The notes under the pieces were generated by a model. That model did no database searches, was not told the DNA's origin, and worked only from the letters and a program-made list of their open reading frames with translations. Positions 1-9,275 of a stretch of 64,000 bases of DNA are shown here, piece by piece. The stretch comes from Terriglobia bacterium (GTDB taxonomy: Bacteria > Acidobacteriota > Terriglobia > 20CM-2-55-15): contig CBDCLE010000024.1 in the NCBI GenBank assembly GCA_965218585.1, positions 96,001 through 160,000 of the forward strand, read 5' to 3'. The number at the start of each line of letters is the position of its first letter. Within the stretch, counting starts at the first letter, position 1. The position numbers and the translations under genes are program-made.

Positions 1-324
1 CGAGACCACCTAACAACTTCTGGCCGTCGATTGCGAGTAGTGGAGAAGGCACGATAAAGCCGTCTTTTGTGGCTTCAAATGGGTCAACTTCTCCCCACTC
101 TTCCACAAGCCATTCACGCAGTTGCTTCAAGTGATGCGGCCGAGAAGTGGAACTAACGATAGAAAACATTTGCCTGGATTCTAGAGCACATAACTAGAAT
201 TGCCCCGAGCTCGTTAACAACACTCGCCGGACGTTCCAAAGATAGGCCCTCTGACAACTCTGCAGGGTGTACACTGCCACGACCGGTCATTCGTTGCCCC
301 AACATTCGAGTTTCCGAGGAGGTT

Positions 325-885
325 TTGGCTATGCGCAGCAGCATCAAAATGGTTTGCCTTTTGGTAGTTCTCACCGTCATGTGTGGTCAGAGTCTTGGAC
401 AGTCCAACGCGATGGACGTGGTCGAGCGTGCCGCCGAGGCGCTCGGAGGCCGGGACCGGATTCTGTCTGTCGGGACTTTGAAAATCGAAGGCTACGGTCA
501 ACAGGCCGGGCAGAACGGAGGGGGGAATCCTTCGGCGTCACCCGATGCGCCTCAGGTGTGGAACAACATTCAGGCCTACGAAAAGACGATCGATGTAAAC
601 AACGAAAGGATGCGTGTCCGCTGGCGGCGCCAGGCCTTCCAGCAGACTGCGACGCTCAGCCGCGGCTTGGGCAACATCGTGCTGACCAATGTTCTGGACG
701 GGAATATTGCCTATAGCGTGAGCGAGGACGGAGAAACCCAGCGCAGCAATGGTGCAGATAGTTTGAGAATCGAAATGCTGACCCACCCGGTTGTTCTGGT
801 CCGCAAGGCGTTGGACTCCGCAACCCAGGTCAACAACCTGCGCGAGCGATTCGTCGATACAACTAAGGTGTTACCTTCCCAGTGA
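325..885 (+). pseudogene. Truncated secreted protein (N-terminal part resembling acidobacterial MBL-fold-associated proteins)
   Basis: GGAGG SD, signal peptide, 'VVERAAEALGG' motif; sensible sequence ends near 845 where it abuts an oppositely oriented gene fragment. Confidence 0.5.
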
Positions 886-1286
886 CCAACCGAATATCCC
901 AGCGGCGTTGGTAGAAAATTCTCAGTGCTGTCTGGTGTGTTCATCTGAATCCGACGAACTCCGTCCCACTCTTCCATCCGGATAACGATGATGTCGTCAC
1001 TTTCTTGTGCTAGCTCTATCGGATAAGGGGACGCCATAGCATCGACCATGCCAGGTGCTATACACCGCAACCTTGGATCATCGCTGGACGCATCCCACGC
1101 GATACTGGCGGCCTCTGCCGTCTCGGTACGCGCTACGGTCCATTGCTGAGGCTCGGAGTTACTCCAGACTCGAAAGATCCCATCGGCGTCTTCTTCAGCA
1201 GCTCTCACGCTGGCAAGTTCCAATGGATTTCGGTCCTCGAAATCGATGGTTTCATTTGACCAGCGGGCCGTTACGTTTCCTCCCAT
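848..1286 (-). pseudogene. Internal fragment of a secreted protein of the family usually paired with DUF6152
   Basis: Motifs DDPRLRCIAPG and GYSVGHWEGNTLVVST, shared with ORFs 2146-2952 and 39403-40200; no signal peptide or normal C-terminus. Confidence 0.55.
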
Positions 1287-1305
1287 TAGTACTTCTCTTC
1301 CATCC

Positions 1306-1528
1306 GGCTGGGACCCGGACCGTCATGTTGCGCCGGGGATGGACAGAGGACATGATCAAAGTGGGGACCCAGGTGAGGATTAACGGCAATCCCGCTCGGG
1401 ACGGGTCGAATCTTATACATAGCCTGGAAATTATCCTTCAGGATGGCACTAGTCTGGACGGCGAGGACGTGGATCCACGGGCCAACGCTGACCGGTTTCG
1501 GAGGCGAATCCAAGGGAACCCTGACTGA
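1306..1528 (+). pseudogene. C-terminal fragment of DUF6152-family protein
   Basis: MLRRGWTEDMIKVGTQVRINGNPARDGS...IILQDG parallels the C-half of 26850-27257; 5' half absent. Confidence 0.55.
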
Positions 1529-1722
1529 CACAGGTCCGGAATGTACGCTAATTGGCCGCCTGCAGCCCGGAAGCGTGCGTGGGCTGGGGAAGGCGAACAC
1601 TCCCCTCGGGTCATAAACATTCATCCCCATCAACCCGACCAACTGCTTCACGTCCAATCGAAGCGCAGAAAACAACCGAGTGCCGTCACTGGACCACATC
1701 GGCCAAGGCTGTTTTTAAGGGA

Positions 1723-2133
1723 TCACTGACCCGACGTCAGGGTCAGCTTCGATGCAGGGCATTGTAATCCTTGATACATCGCACGCGCCGCAGGATTTCT
1801 CGCCGGACAGCCGACAGCTGTAATGGTTCGTCCCTCTTCCCAGCCCGGCTCATCGGTCATCTGATTACGGTTGCCACCGTACACGGTCCAGACCACTTTC
1901 TCGCCGCTCGGTTCTGTGACTTCAACCCGCATATAGGAGTGCGGGTTGACCAACCTCAACTCTATCACTGTCCCCGATATCTCAAACTGCTCCTCCACGA
2001 GATAGAACGCCGTGGTTGAATGGTGCGCGTGCACCGGAATTGTCAGGATCAGGACGAGACCCGCTAATACGACTGAAATAACTACTTTCATTTTTCTAAA
2101 CCTCCTTGGCATGTTCTCAATTCCTCTCGTCAA
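1723..2133 (-). CDS. DUF6152-family secreted protein
   Basis: Signal peptide ending AHHS, NPH motif, G.PAR motif. Confidence 0.7.
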   Translation of the reverse strand: MTRGIENMPRRFRKMKVVISVVLAGLVLILTIPVHAHHSTTAFYLVEEQFEISGTVIELRLVNPHSYMRVEVTEPSGEKVVWTVYGGNRNQMTDEPGWEEGRTITAVGCPARNPAARAMYQGLQCPASKLTLTSGQ

Positions 2134-2145
2134 AAGCGCCTCCGC

Positions 2146-2952
2146 CTATTCATCCGGATATTTCGGCAGAATCACCTGCAGCGGAAAGGCGGCGGACACC
2201 AGGTCGCAGTCAGTGATCCAGGTGATCTCCTGATCCGTCCGTTCGTATTCGAGGGTTTCTGTATAGGGCCGCGTCAGAAACACAGGATCCTCGACGGTCA
2301 GCACCATTCTCAGACGGTTGGGCTCGATGAGCGAATAACGCTCGGTGACACGCTTGGCCCACGAAGAGGGAACCTGCAACTGATAGTCCAGTCCATTGGG
2401 ATCAAACGTGAAGTTTGCCGTCTGAACGATGAAATCATTCCCTTCGTACCGGCCGACCGCATGTCCGTAGTAAGCGACATCGCCCGGCGGTGGTAACGGA
2501 CGGCCGTCTGTCCAAATGGTCCGGTCGATCGTAGACGCATTGCTCGCCTCAGACTCCCAAATGACGCGGTCCCCTCGCTGCACGATCCGTATGGGGTTGT
2601 TCCACCCAATCGTGCTGGGAATGGACTCGGGAACACAATAGAACTTGCCTTCAAGCGGCTCGTCATAAAATGTCCGCCACGCCCGGGTCCTCGCGTTGAT
2701 GTGATCGGACCAGTCAAACCTGCAGCCGAAACGAGGCAACTGTTGCTCGTCCTCTGGGATTACGAAGGAAGGACCGCACTCCGGCGGATTGGATCGGCTC
2801 ACCCGATCCCAGGTCCCGCTGATATCCGGTAAGTCGCCAATTTCTGCCGGCGACTGGGCCGCGAGATTCGTCGTACCGGATGTCAGAACGACTATTAGGA
2901 AACAGATCGCCAAGGTTCCCTTCCACACCGCGGGGTTCGATTCATTCAACAT
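2146..2952 (-). CDS. Secreted hypothetical protein (DUF6152 partner family)
   Basis: Signal peptide, PDISGTW, YYGHAVGRYEGN, TVEDPVFLTRP; directly upstream of the DUF6152 gene. Confidence 0.75.
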   Translation of the reverse strand: MLNESNPAVWKGTLAICFLIVVLTSGTTNLAAQSPAEIGDLPDISGTWDRVSRSNPPECGPSFVIPEDEQQLPRFGCRFDWSDHINARTRAWRTFYDEPLEGKFYCVPESIPSTIGWNNPIRIVQRGDRVIWESEASNASTIDRTIWTDGRPLPPPGDVAYYGHAVGRYEGNDFIVQTANFTFDPNGLDYQLQVPSSWAKRVTERYSLIEPNRLRMVLTVEDPVFLTRPYTETLEYERTDQEITWITDCDLVSAAFPLQVILPKYPDE

Positions 2953-3062
2953 TATCTTGCTTTACCTCCGTTATAAAAACTCCTGTCAATCCATTCTTAT
3001 CTTTGAGCTTCAGACATGGCCGTACCAGTTCTGAACGAAGCGCGCCGCGCCCACCTCGGCGA

Positions 3063-4481
3063 CTACTGCGAACCGACCTTACCTCGGCCCGCCTCCCGCA
3101 GCCGTTCCGAGTCGTAGCCGACGCCGCCCTTGAACACGGTTACGACGTTGTAGATGTCGCTGGGCGTCTCGATCGGGTTCCCCCGTATGACCACGAGGTC
3201 CGCGAGCTTACCCGGCGCGATCGAGCCGAGCCGCTCGTCCTCGCCCAGGATGCGCGCGCCGTTGAGTGTGACGATCTGGACGGCCCGTTCCGGATCGAAG
3301 CCGGCTTCGAGCAGCAGCTCGTAGTTGCGCAAGTTGCCGAGACCTGGGAGGAAGCCCGTGCCCCAAGGGTCCGATCCGGCTCCCAACAATCCGCCGGCGG
3401 CGACGAACGCGCGCTCCCACTCCATCATCTTTTGGAAGAGTCGCCCGGGGACGGTGAAGTCACTTTCCGACAGGGCGGCGTGGTTCTCCTCAACCTCGCT
3501 GCGCACCTCGGGATCGAGTAACTCGAGTCCGCGGGGGTCGAGCTGCGCCCGGCCTGGAACGAACGTCTCGTACACGCCGAGCGTGGATACCACCGCCGAC
3601 CCGCCGGCGACGATCTCACGGATACTCTGTCCGACCGCGGCGTCATGCACATCGATGTCGGCTTGGATGCTCATGTTCTCGGGCGGGCACACGTCCGGTT
3701 GCTTATTCGGGACGTAGTCGCTGTTGGTGATGAAGCCGTGCTGCAGCGCGTCCAACCCGAGCGCGGCGGCCTCGGTGAATGTCACCGAGCACAGGTGCCC
3801 GGTCACACGAAGCCCGCGAGCGTGTGCCTCGTCGATCCCAGCGGCCAGCATCTCGCGAGAGACATTGCCCTGGAACTTGAACCAGGTCGCACCCTCGGTT
3901 CCCCAATACGCGATGACGCGCCGCACCTCCTCCGGCGTGGTCACGAGGCGGGCCCTGGACGCGCGCCACGGGCCGCCGTTCAGGTACGGGCCGGTGATGC
4001 GGAACCGCGGTCCGGGCAGTGCGCCAGCGTCAACGGCGCGCTTGAGGTTCAACTCTTCGTAGGGGAACATGCTACCCCCCGTCATCGCCGTGGTCACACC
4101 GAACGCGAGGTAGAGCAAAGGCCCGCTGGTGCTCATCTGGGTCATCTGCCGCACGCCGCCGAAATAAGTGTGCTCGTGAAGGCCGACGAGTCCGGGCAGC
4201 AGCGTATGATTCGTGAGATCCAGGACCTCGGCGCCCTCCGGAATCGGCGTGCTGGCGGCGGGGCCCACCGCATCGATGCGGTCACCGCGCACGATCGCCG
4301 TGTGATCGTCCAGCGCTGGACTGCCTGTGCCGTCTACCAGTCGCACATGGGTCAGCGCTACGACCGGCGCGTCGACTGACACAAACGGAGCGACGCCTGC
4401 GGGGAGCGGGGGCTCCTGCGCGACCAGGGGCGCGGTCGCTAGCAGCAATACAGCGATCTGTACCTGTGCAAACCGTGTCAT
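3063..4481 (-). CDS. Secreted metal-dependent amidohydrolase
   Basis: LLPGLVGLHEH metal motif, GSD, LGSIAPGKLADLVV; ATG at 4481 with GGAG SD; visibly GC-richer than its neighbours. Confidence 0.9.
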   Translation of the reverse strand: MTRFAQVQIAVLLLATAPLVAQEPPLPAGVAPFVSVDAPVVALTHVRLVDGTGSPALDDHTAIVRGDRIDAVGPAASTPIPEGAEVLDLTNHTLLPGLVGLHEHTYFGGVRQMTQMSTSGPLLYLAFGVTTAMTGGSMFPYEELNLKRAVDAGALPGPRFRITGPYLNGGPWRASRARLVTTPEEVRRVIAYWGTEGATWFKFQGNVSREMLAAGIDEAHARGLRVTGHLCSVTFTEAAALGLDALQHGFITNSDYVPNKQPDVCPPENMSIQADIDVHDAAVGQSIREIVAGGSAVVSTLGVYETFVPGRAQLDPRGLELLDPEVRSEVEENHAALSESDFTVPGRLFQKMMEWERAFVAAGGLLGAGSDPWGTGFLPGLGNLRNYELLLEAGFDPERAVQIVTLNGARILGEDERLGSIAPGKLADLVVIRGNPIETPSDIYNVVTVFKGGVGYDSERLREAGRGKVGSQ

Positions 4482-4522
4482 CGTGGGGCTCCTACCTTGA
4501 TGTTGGCCGAACTCTGAAGCGA

Positions 4523-4600
4523 ACGCCACACCTCTCCCATTCCACCCCTACCGATGGCGGACAGGATCGTGTAGTGGCCTAGCTGAGTGGCAGATTCCAT
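4523..4600 (-). pseudogene. 5' remnant (head) of Hanks-type Ser/Thr kinase gene
   Basis: Translates MESATQLGHYTILSAIGRGGMGEVWR (Gly-rich loop GxGGMGEV). Confidence 0.85.
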
Positions 4601-4613
4601 TGTTTTAGAAGCG

Positions 4614-4640
4614 TTGTGCGGTCATAGACCGCACCTACAG
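4614..4640 (-). repeat. GTAG-type REP palindrome
   Basis: ttgtgcggtc-ata-gaccgcac-ctacag; same family as the pair at 44184-44243. Confidence 0.75.
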
Positions 4641-4641
4641 A

Positions 4642-4684
4642 AAAACTCGGTAAAGAATACTAAGAGAGGGAGTTAGGTGCTATC
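4642..4684 (-). promoter_or_regulatory. Conserved sigma70-like promoter of the kinase unit
   Basis: AGTATTCTTTACCGAGTTTT is identical to 24489-24508 and 19/20 to 57808-57827; -10 TATTCT. Confidence 0.6.
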
Positions 4685-4690
4685 AAATTC

Positions 4691-4725
4691 TCAAGTCTCG
4701 AGAAACGACATTGTTCGGACGTTGA
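4691..4725. repeat. 35-bp variant of the dif/lox-like site, inverted relative to the 53-60 kb copies
   Basis: tcaagtctcgagaa-acgaca-ttgttcggacgttga; arms match the reverse complement of the 34-bp consensus. Confidence 0.7.
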
Positions 4726-5222
4726 AAAACCCCAGTAATTTGCACATTGCTTGTCCACCGGTCGGGAAACGATGGTGATGACAGACGATTGTTGCCAGGA
4801 GGTCCATCCTCCAGATTGTTGTCCGATCACCGTGTCACTTGGGAAGGAGCTCGGAGAAAGCCGACCACCCGAGCAAGAATATTCGCTCACGGCATGAACC
4901 GCGCCGAGGCTCTGTTTTGTAACGCTCTGTCGGTAAAGCTGTCCAACATTCGGCGAGTCGTGTGTTTTAGATTTTTGGCAAAACGACAATCTGATTTCTC
5001 CCAGACCCAGCAACCTCTAACTCGCTCCAGCGACACTCAGTTGACATAGCTCTCAGGTCACTTCCTGTGGCCCGAGCGAAACGCCGGTTCGCTTTCCTGA
5101 AAAATAGGGTGTAAGAAATGCCCCGTTCGGATCACTCATAAACGAAACGGAAAATGGGTTACCTGCAAGGCAGAGACACTCTGATCTAAAACATCAACGG
5201 CAAAAAAAGGAGAACTATTGCC

Positions 5223-5546
5223 ATGAAACGAATTTTCACAGTTTTTGCGACTCTGAGTCTGTTTGCTTTTCTCGGTGCAACTTCGCTTGATGCATCGATC
5301 TGGTTTGGCACTCGGTCGGTTCAACTAGACATCCCTGTCGATTTTCACATTGGCGATCAAGCGTTTCCGGCCGGTCAGTACAAACTGGACCGAGTACAGG
5401 GCGAACCCAGATTGGTCCAGATCTGGAGCGCTGACGGCAAGCGCAGTGCGTTCGCTTTCGTAACACCCGCTTCAGACGCAAAAGGAACACATGTCGTTTT
5501 CAGTTACAACGGTGAATCATACGACCTGTCGTCTTACGCCCGATAG
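5223..5546 (+). CDS. Small secreted hypothetical protein
   Basis: AAGGAG SD, signal peptide, IPVDFHIGDQAFPAGQY motif. Confidence 0.75.
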   Translation: MKRIFTVFATLSLFAFLGATSLDASIWFGTRSVQLDIPVDFHIGDQAFPAGQYKLDRVQGEPRLVQIWSADGKRSAFAFVTPASDAKGTHVVFSYNGESYDLSSYAR

Positions 5547-5806
5547 TTGACCGCTCCGACATGTTTACTTTGCGGGCTCCGAAGGAACCTCCTGGAATTG
5601 GCAGTTCCATGGTGCTCCGGCGGATCTCGTGAAGTATCCGTGCCCTACCTCCTGTGCACAGACAAAAGGTAGGTCTTACAAGTCACTGACAAGCTCACTG
5701 ACTTGGCGATACGGAATTTCGCAGATCACCATCTCTTCCTCCCTCAGAAAATCCTTGTGATGAGATTCAGTACGGGTTCCCGGCTGACGCCGGAGTTCCC
5801 GAGTCT

Positions 5807-6850
5807 TCAAGCAGCCCAAGGAAGTAGCACGATGTTGCCGGCAACTTCGTTAGCGGCGATCACGCGGTGGGCTTCAGAAGCTTGGCTCAGATGGAGAACA
5901 CGGTCGAGTACCGGCCCGATCCGCCCTTCGCGAACCCGTTCCAGTCCCCATTTAAGATCTTTCAGGTCACTGGCCATGGAGCCCACCAGTCGTTTCTGGC
6001 TGAAGAACAGGCTGCGGATATCGAATCGGACCTTGGGGCCGGCGGCGAAACCGAACGCCACGATCGTTCCCAGGGGTTTTGCAGCTTCGATGCTCTTGGC
6101 CAAGACCTCGCCACCCAGATTGTCGATAACCACGTCTGCACCCCGACCGTCGGTCCAGTCCTGGATCTTCTTGCCGAGATCCTCGCCTCGTGTGTTGATG
6201 ACGAGGTCGGCGCCGAGCGAACGGGCAAGATCACCTTTTGCGTCGCTGCGCACAGTTGTTGCAACCTCTGCGCCCAGCGCTTTGGCGACCTGAATCTGCA
6301 TGCTGCCGGAACCGGATGCGCCGGCCTGAACCAGCACCTTGTCGCCCGTCTGGACGCCCCCCACCTCTCTGCCCCCCCGAACAGCAGTGGCGAGTGCGAC
6401 TGGAAGCGTTGCCACTTCTTCAGGCCGCAAGCCGGTCCGGTCCTTGATGAGCCATCGTGCGGGGATTTCGAAATACTGGGCATACGTGCCCGGAATGGCT
6501 AAACCTGGAAGCGCAAAACTGGATGCCGTGGCTGCCGGACTGACGTCATACTCTTCCACCTTCTGCGGATAACCGGGGGCCGGGATGACTCGTTCGCCGA
6601 CCGTGAAACCCTGGACGCCCTCTCCCAGTTCGGCTACCTCACCAGCGGCCTCGGAACCCAGGATGTGGGGGAATGGGAGTTCGGGCGCGATCGAACCTTC
6701 TCGAATGTAATGGTCCAAGCGCTGGATGCCTGCGGCGAGCACTTTGATCAGGACATGTCCTGGTCTCGGTTGCGGCGTCTGGATGTCTTCGTACTTCAAT
6801 ACGGTGGGGTCACCGAACTTGTGAATTACTGCTGCTTTCATTTTGGTCAC
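5807..6850 (-). CDS. MDR-family (zinc-binding ADH / quinone oxidoreductase-like) oxidoreductase
   Basis: MKAAVIHKFG, PHILGSEAAGEV, VLVQAGASGSG nucleotide-binding loop. Confidence 0.9.
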   Translation of the reverse strand: MTKMKAAVIHKFGDPTVLKYEDIQTPQPRPGHVLIKVLAAGIQRLDHYIREGSIAPELPFPHILGSEAAGEVAELGEGVQGFTVGERVIPAPGYPQKVEEYDVSPAATASSFALPGLAIPGTYAQYFEIPARWLIKDRTGLRPEEVATLPVALATAVRGGREVGGVQTGDKVLVQAGASGSGSMQIQVAKALGAEVATTVRSDAKGDLARSLGADLVINTRGEDLGKKIQDWTDGRGADVVIDNLGGEVLAKSIEAAKPLGTIVAFGFAAGPKVRFDIRSLFFSQKRLVGSMASDLKDLKWGLERVREGRIGPVLDRVLHLSQASEAHRVIAANEVAGNIVLLPWAA

Positions 6851-6952
6851 CTCGTTTAGTTGGGTTTCTGTCTCTTAGTGTTGTGATACCCGAAGGCGGC
6901 TAACTGCCTGCTCGGTGCGATTTGTTTTTCTTTCATACATTGCCTTGGTAAA

Positions 6953-7078
6953 GGCAACACGAGGACCATTTGCACTTCCTCAGTAACTGACTGATTTCAT
7001 TTGAATACCTAGCCTTGATGACCAACGATAAATCGTGATTCAACGAAATAGTAGGTGGACAAAACACGACATATCGTG
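6953..7078 (-). promoter_or_regulatory. sigma54 promoter + IHF site + two upstream activator palindromes
   Basis: TGGTCCTCGTGTTGC (GG-N10-GC) at 6954-6968; AATCAGTCAGTTA (WATCARNNNNTTR) at 6984-6996; aacgataaatcgtg 7024-7037 and cacgacatatcgtg 7065-7078. Confidence 0.7.
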
Positions 7079-7103
7079 ATATCAGCGCCGTTGAGGTGCT
7101 TCC

Positions 7104-7536
7104 ATGCGAGAGGGCGCACTGACACCCGACTTGATCAATGAGTTGACCCAGTACCGTCGCATTCTCAACAACATTCCAGCCGAGATCGGCGTATTCGACC
7201 CTGAGGGACGATTCCTGTTCAACACGCCGTCAGGAATCCGCAACCCTTCCGTTCGGGAGTGGGTGCTGGGGAAGACGCATCATGATTGGTGCCGGGAGCG
7301 CAACCACCCCATCGGGATTGCGGACAAGCGGCAGGCGATGATCGAGCACTGCGTTAATGAGAAGGAAACACAGACCAACGAGGAGGTGTGGACGGACAAG
7401 AACGGACGGGAGCTATTTTATGTGCGCACGTTCAGTCCGGTCGTTGACGAGCAAGGCAACGTAACGCACGTGCTGGGATATGGGCAGGAGATCACGGAAT
7501 TGAAGAAGGCCGAGGATGAACTCCGCAAGGCGCTAG
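7104..7536 (+). pseudogene. PAS-domain regulator (probably sigma54 activator) truncated by IS1380
   Basis: PAS/PAC signature ending GYGQEITELKKAEDELRKAL, cut at CTAG by the IS. Confidence 0.75.
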
Positions 7537-9149
7537 CCCGCATGTTTCACCAGTCCGGCGATCAGGGGGATTTGGGCAGTAAGAATCGGATTCGGGAGGA
7601 TCTGGGTTCGAATTGGGCATGTGTGGCGTGACTCGGCGGTGTCGACAAGCGGGAGTTGCTGCGTTTTCGGGTTCAGAAGAGGGTGACGAAACGCACTGAG
7701 ACAAACCTCGGCGGAGCCGAAAAGAGCGAGTCGATTTTGGCGCAGGGGATCGGGTCGGTTCTCAGCAGCGCAGAGGAAGCGCCTGCAGGTTTCGATGGAC
7801 GAGGGCAAAGACCTCGGCGTAGGGATAGGCTTCCGACATGGAGATCCAGATGTTGCGAACCGTCAGACGGACTTGAGCTCCGATCTTGAGGAGCTTCAAG
7901 CGGATCGTCTGGCACTGAGCGCGGGCCAGATCGGTATTCTTCAGTCCCAGACGGCGTAACGCGTGCAGGAGCATGTAGGCGGCCGAGGACAGATAGAGCC
8001 GGAGTTGATTGGCGCGCATGGTTGCCGCGCTGGTCCGGTCGGCGAATAGATCCAACTGCTGTTCCTTGATGCGATTTTCCATGTCGCCCCGCGCACAGTA
8101 AAAGTCTTCATAGAGGGCGCGGGCGTCCAGGCGTTCCGGCGACAGTGAGGTCACAACGAATCGAGGATTGGCGCCTTTCTCCAGGAACTCGGCCTTGCCG
8201 ATGACGCGTCGGGTGCAGGTCCAGCTCTTCCGAGTGCGATACCGGAAATCGTTAAACACCCGCGCCGGTTTCCCGGTGTCGTTAAACTCGGCTTCGGCCT
8301 GACTCATCGATTCAGCGATCTCGCGCTTGAGCCGATCGTTCTTGGCCAGACCCACCACGTAATCGACCTGGTGGGCCTCGCACCAACTCAGCAATTCATC
8401 CCGGCAAAAGCCCGAGTCGGCCCGGATGATAATCGACACCTCCGGCCAGCTCTGCCGGATCTGGCCGATGATGCGGTTCAATTCCTCGACGGCGCCGTCC
8501 GCACCGTCGACATTGGAGCACCGCAACCGGGCGCATAGCAGATGCTCTCCCGAAAAGATGTAGAGCGGCAGATAACAGTAGTTGCCGTAGTAGCCGTGAA
8601 AGAACCGTCCTTCCTGATGGCCATGGATCGGATCATCGGTCGCATCCAGGTCCAGAACAATCTCCTCGGGCGCCGATCCGTGAGCCGCCACAAATGCATC
8701 CACCATCCAGCGGTCGATCTTGTCCGGGTCCATGGCCATCTTCTTGTACCGCTCCTTCCCATCGACTTGCTCCCCGGTCAGTTCCAACCGGTTCAGCGTA
8801 CACTTGCCCGCCAACGCTTTTCCCCGGTCTCGGGCCTGCCGCCGCTTCTCCCCCAGTGGATCGGCCTTATCCACCGCCACGGCCAGCATCGGATCGGTCC
8901 GCAGTTGGTCATGATCGTTCAGATCCTCGTAGCCCAGACAGAGTCCGTAGACGCGCTGCCCCAATAACTCGCTCACCGTGTGTTCGATCAACCTCGCGTC
9001 CCGGTAATCCCTGAAACACTCGGCCAGTCCGGCGATCAGACCCGTTCGCTTTTCCACTTCCCTCAACAGCAGAACCCCAGCGTCGGAGGTGATCTTTCCG
9101 CCGTCAAAACGCGCCTTCACTTTTCGTTGAAGAAGTCCGTGAAATTCGA
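7537..9149 (-). mobile_element. IS1380-family element, 5'-truncated
   Basis: Near-identical to the full copies; transposase ORF 7762-9120; left end replaced by an IS256 end at 9150. Confidence 0.95.
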
Positions 9150-9275
9150 GAGGTCATTACAAAAGGTGTGTAAAAGTCATCAGGCGGCGGCCTTCGATTT
9201 CATCACGACTCTGATGCCGTCAGCGAATTGCTGACCATCATAGACCTCTTGTAAGAGTTCGGATCCTTTTAAGTG
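9150..9275 (-). mobile_element. Right-end fragment of IS256 type A
   Basis: Begins gaggtcattacaaaaggtgtgtaaaag, as at the ends of the full copies. Confidence 0.9.

Noticed and set aside
4984-5007. cgacaatctgatttctccc as another site
   Set aside because: The inner core resembles the consensus but the outer arms are absent.
7492-7915. Small ORFs repeated at each IS1380 3' end
   Set aside because: They recur only because the IS is repeated; no SD or motif support.
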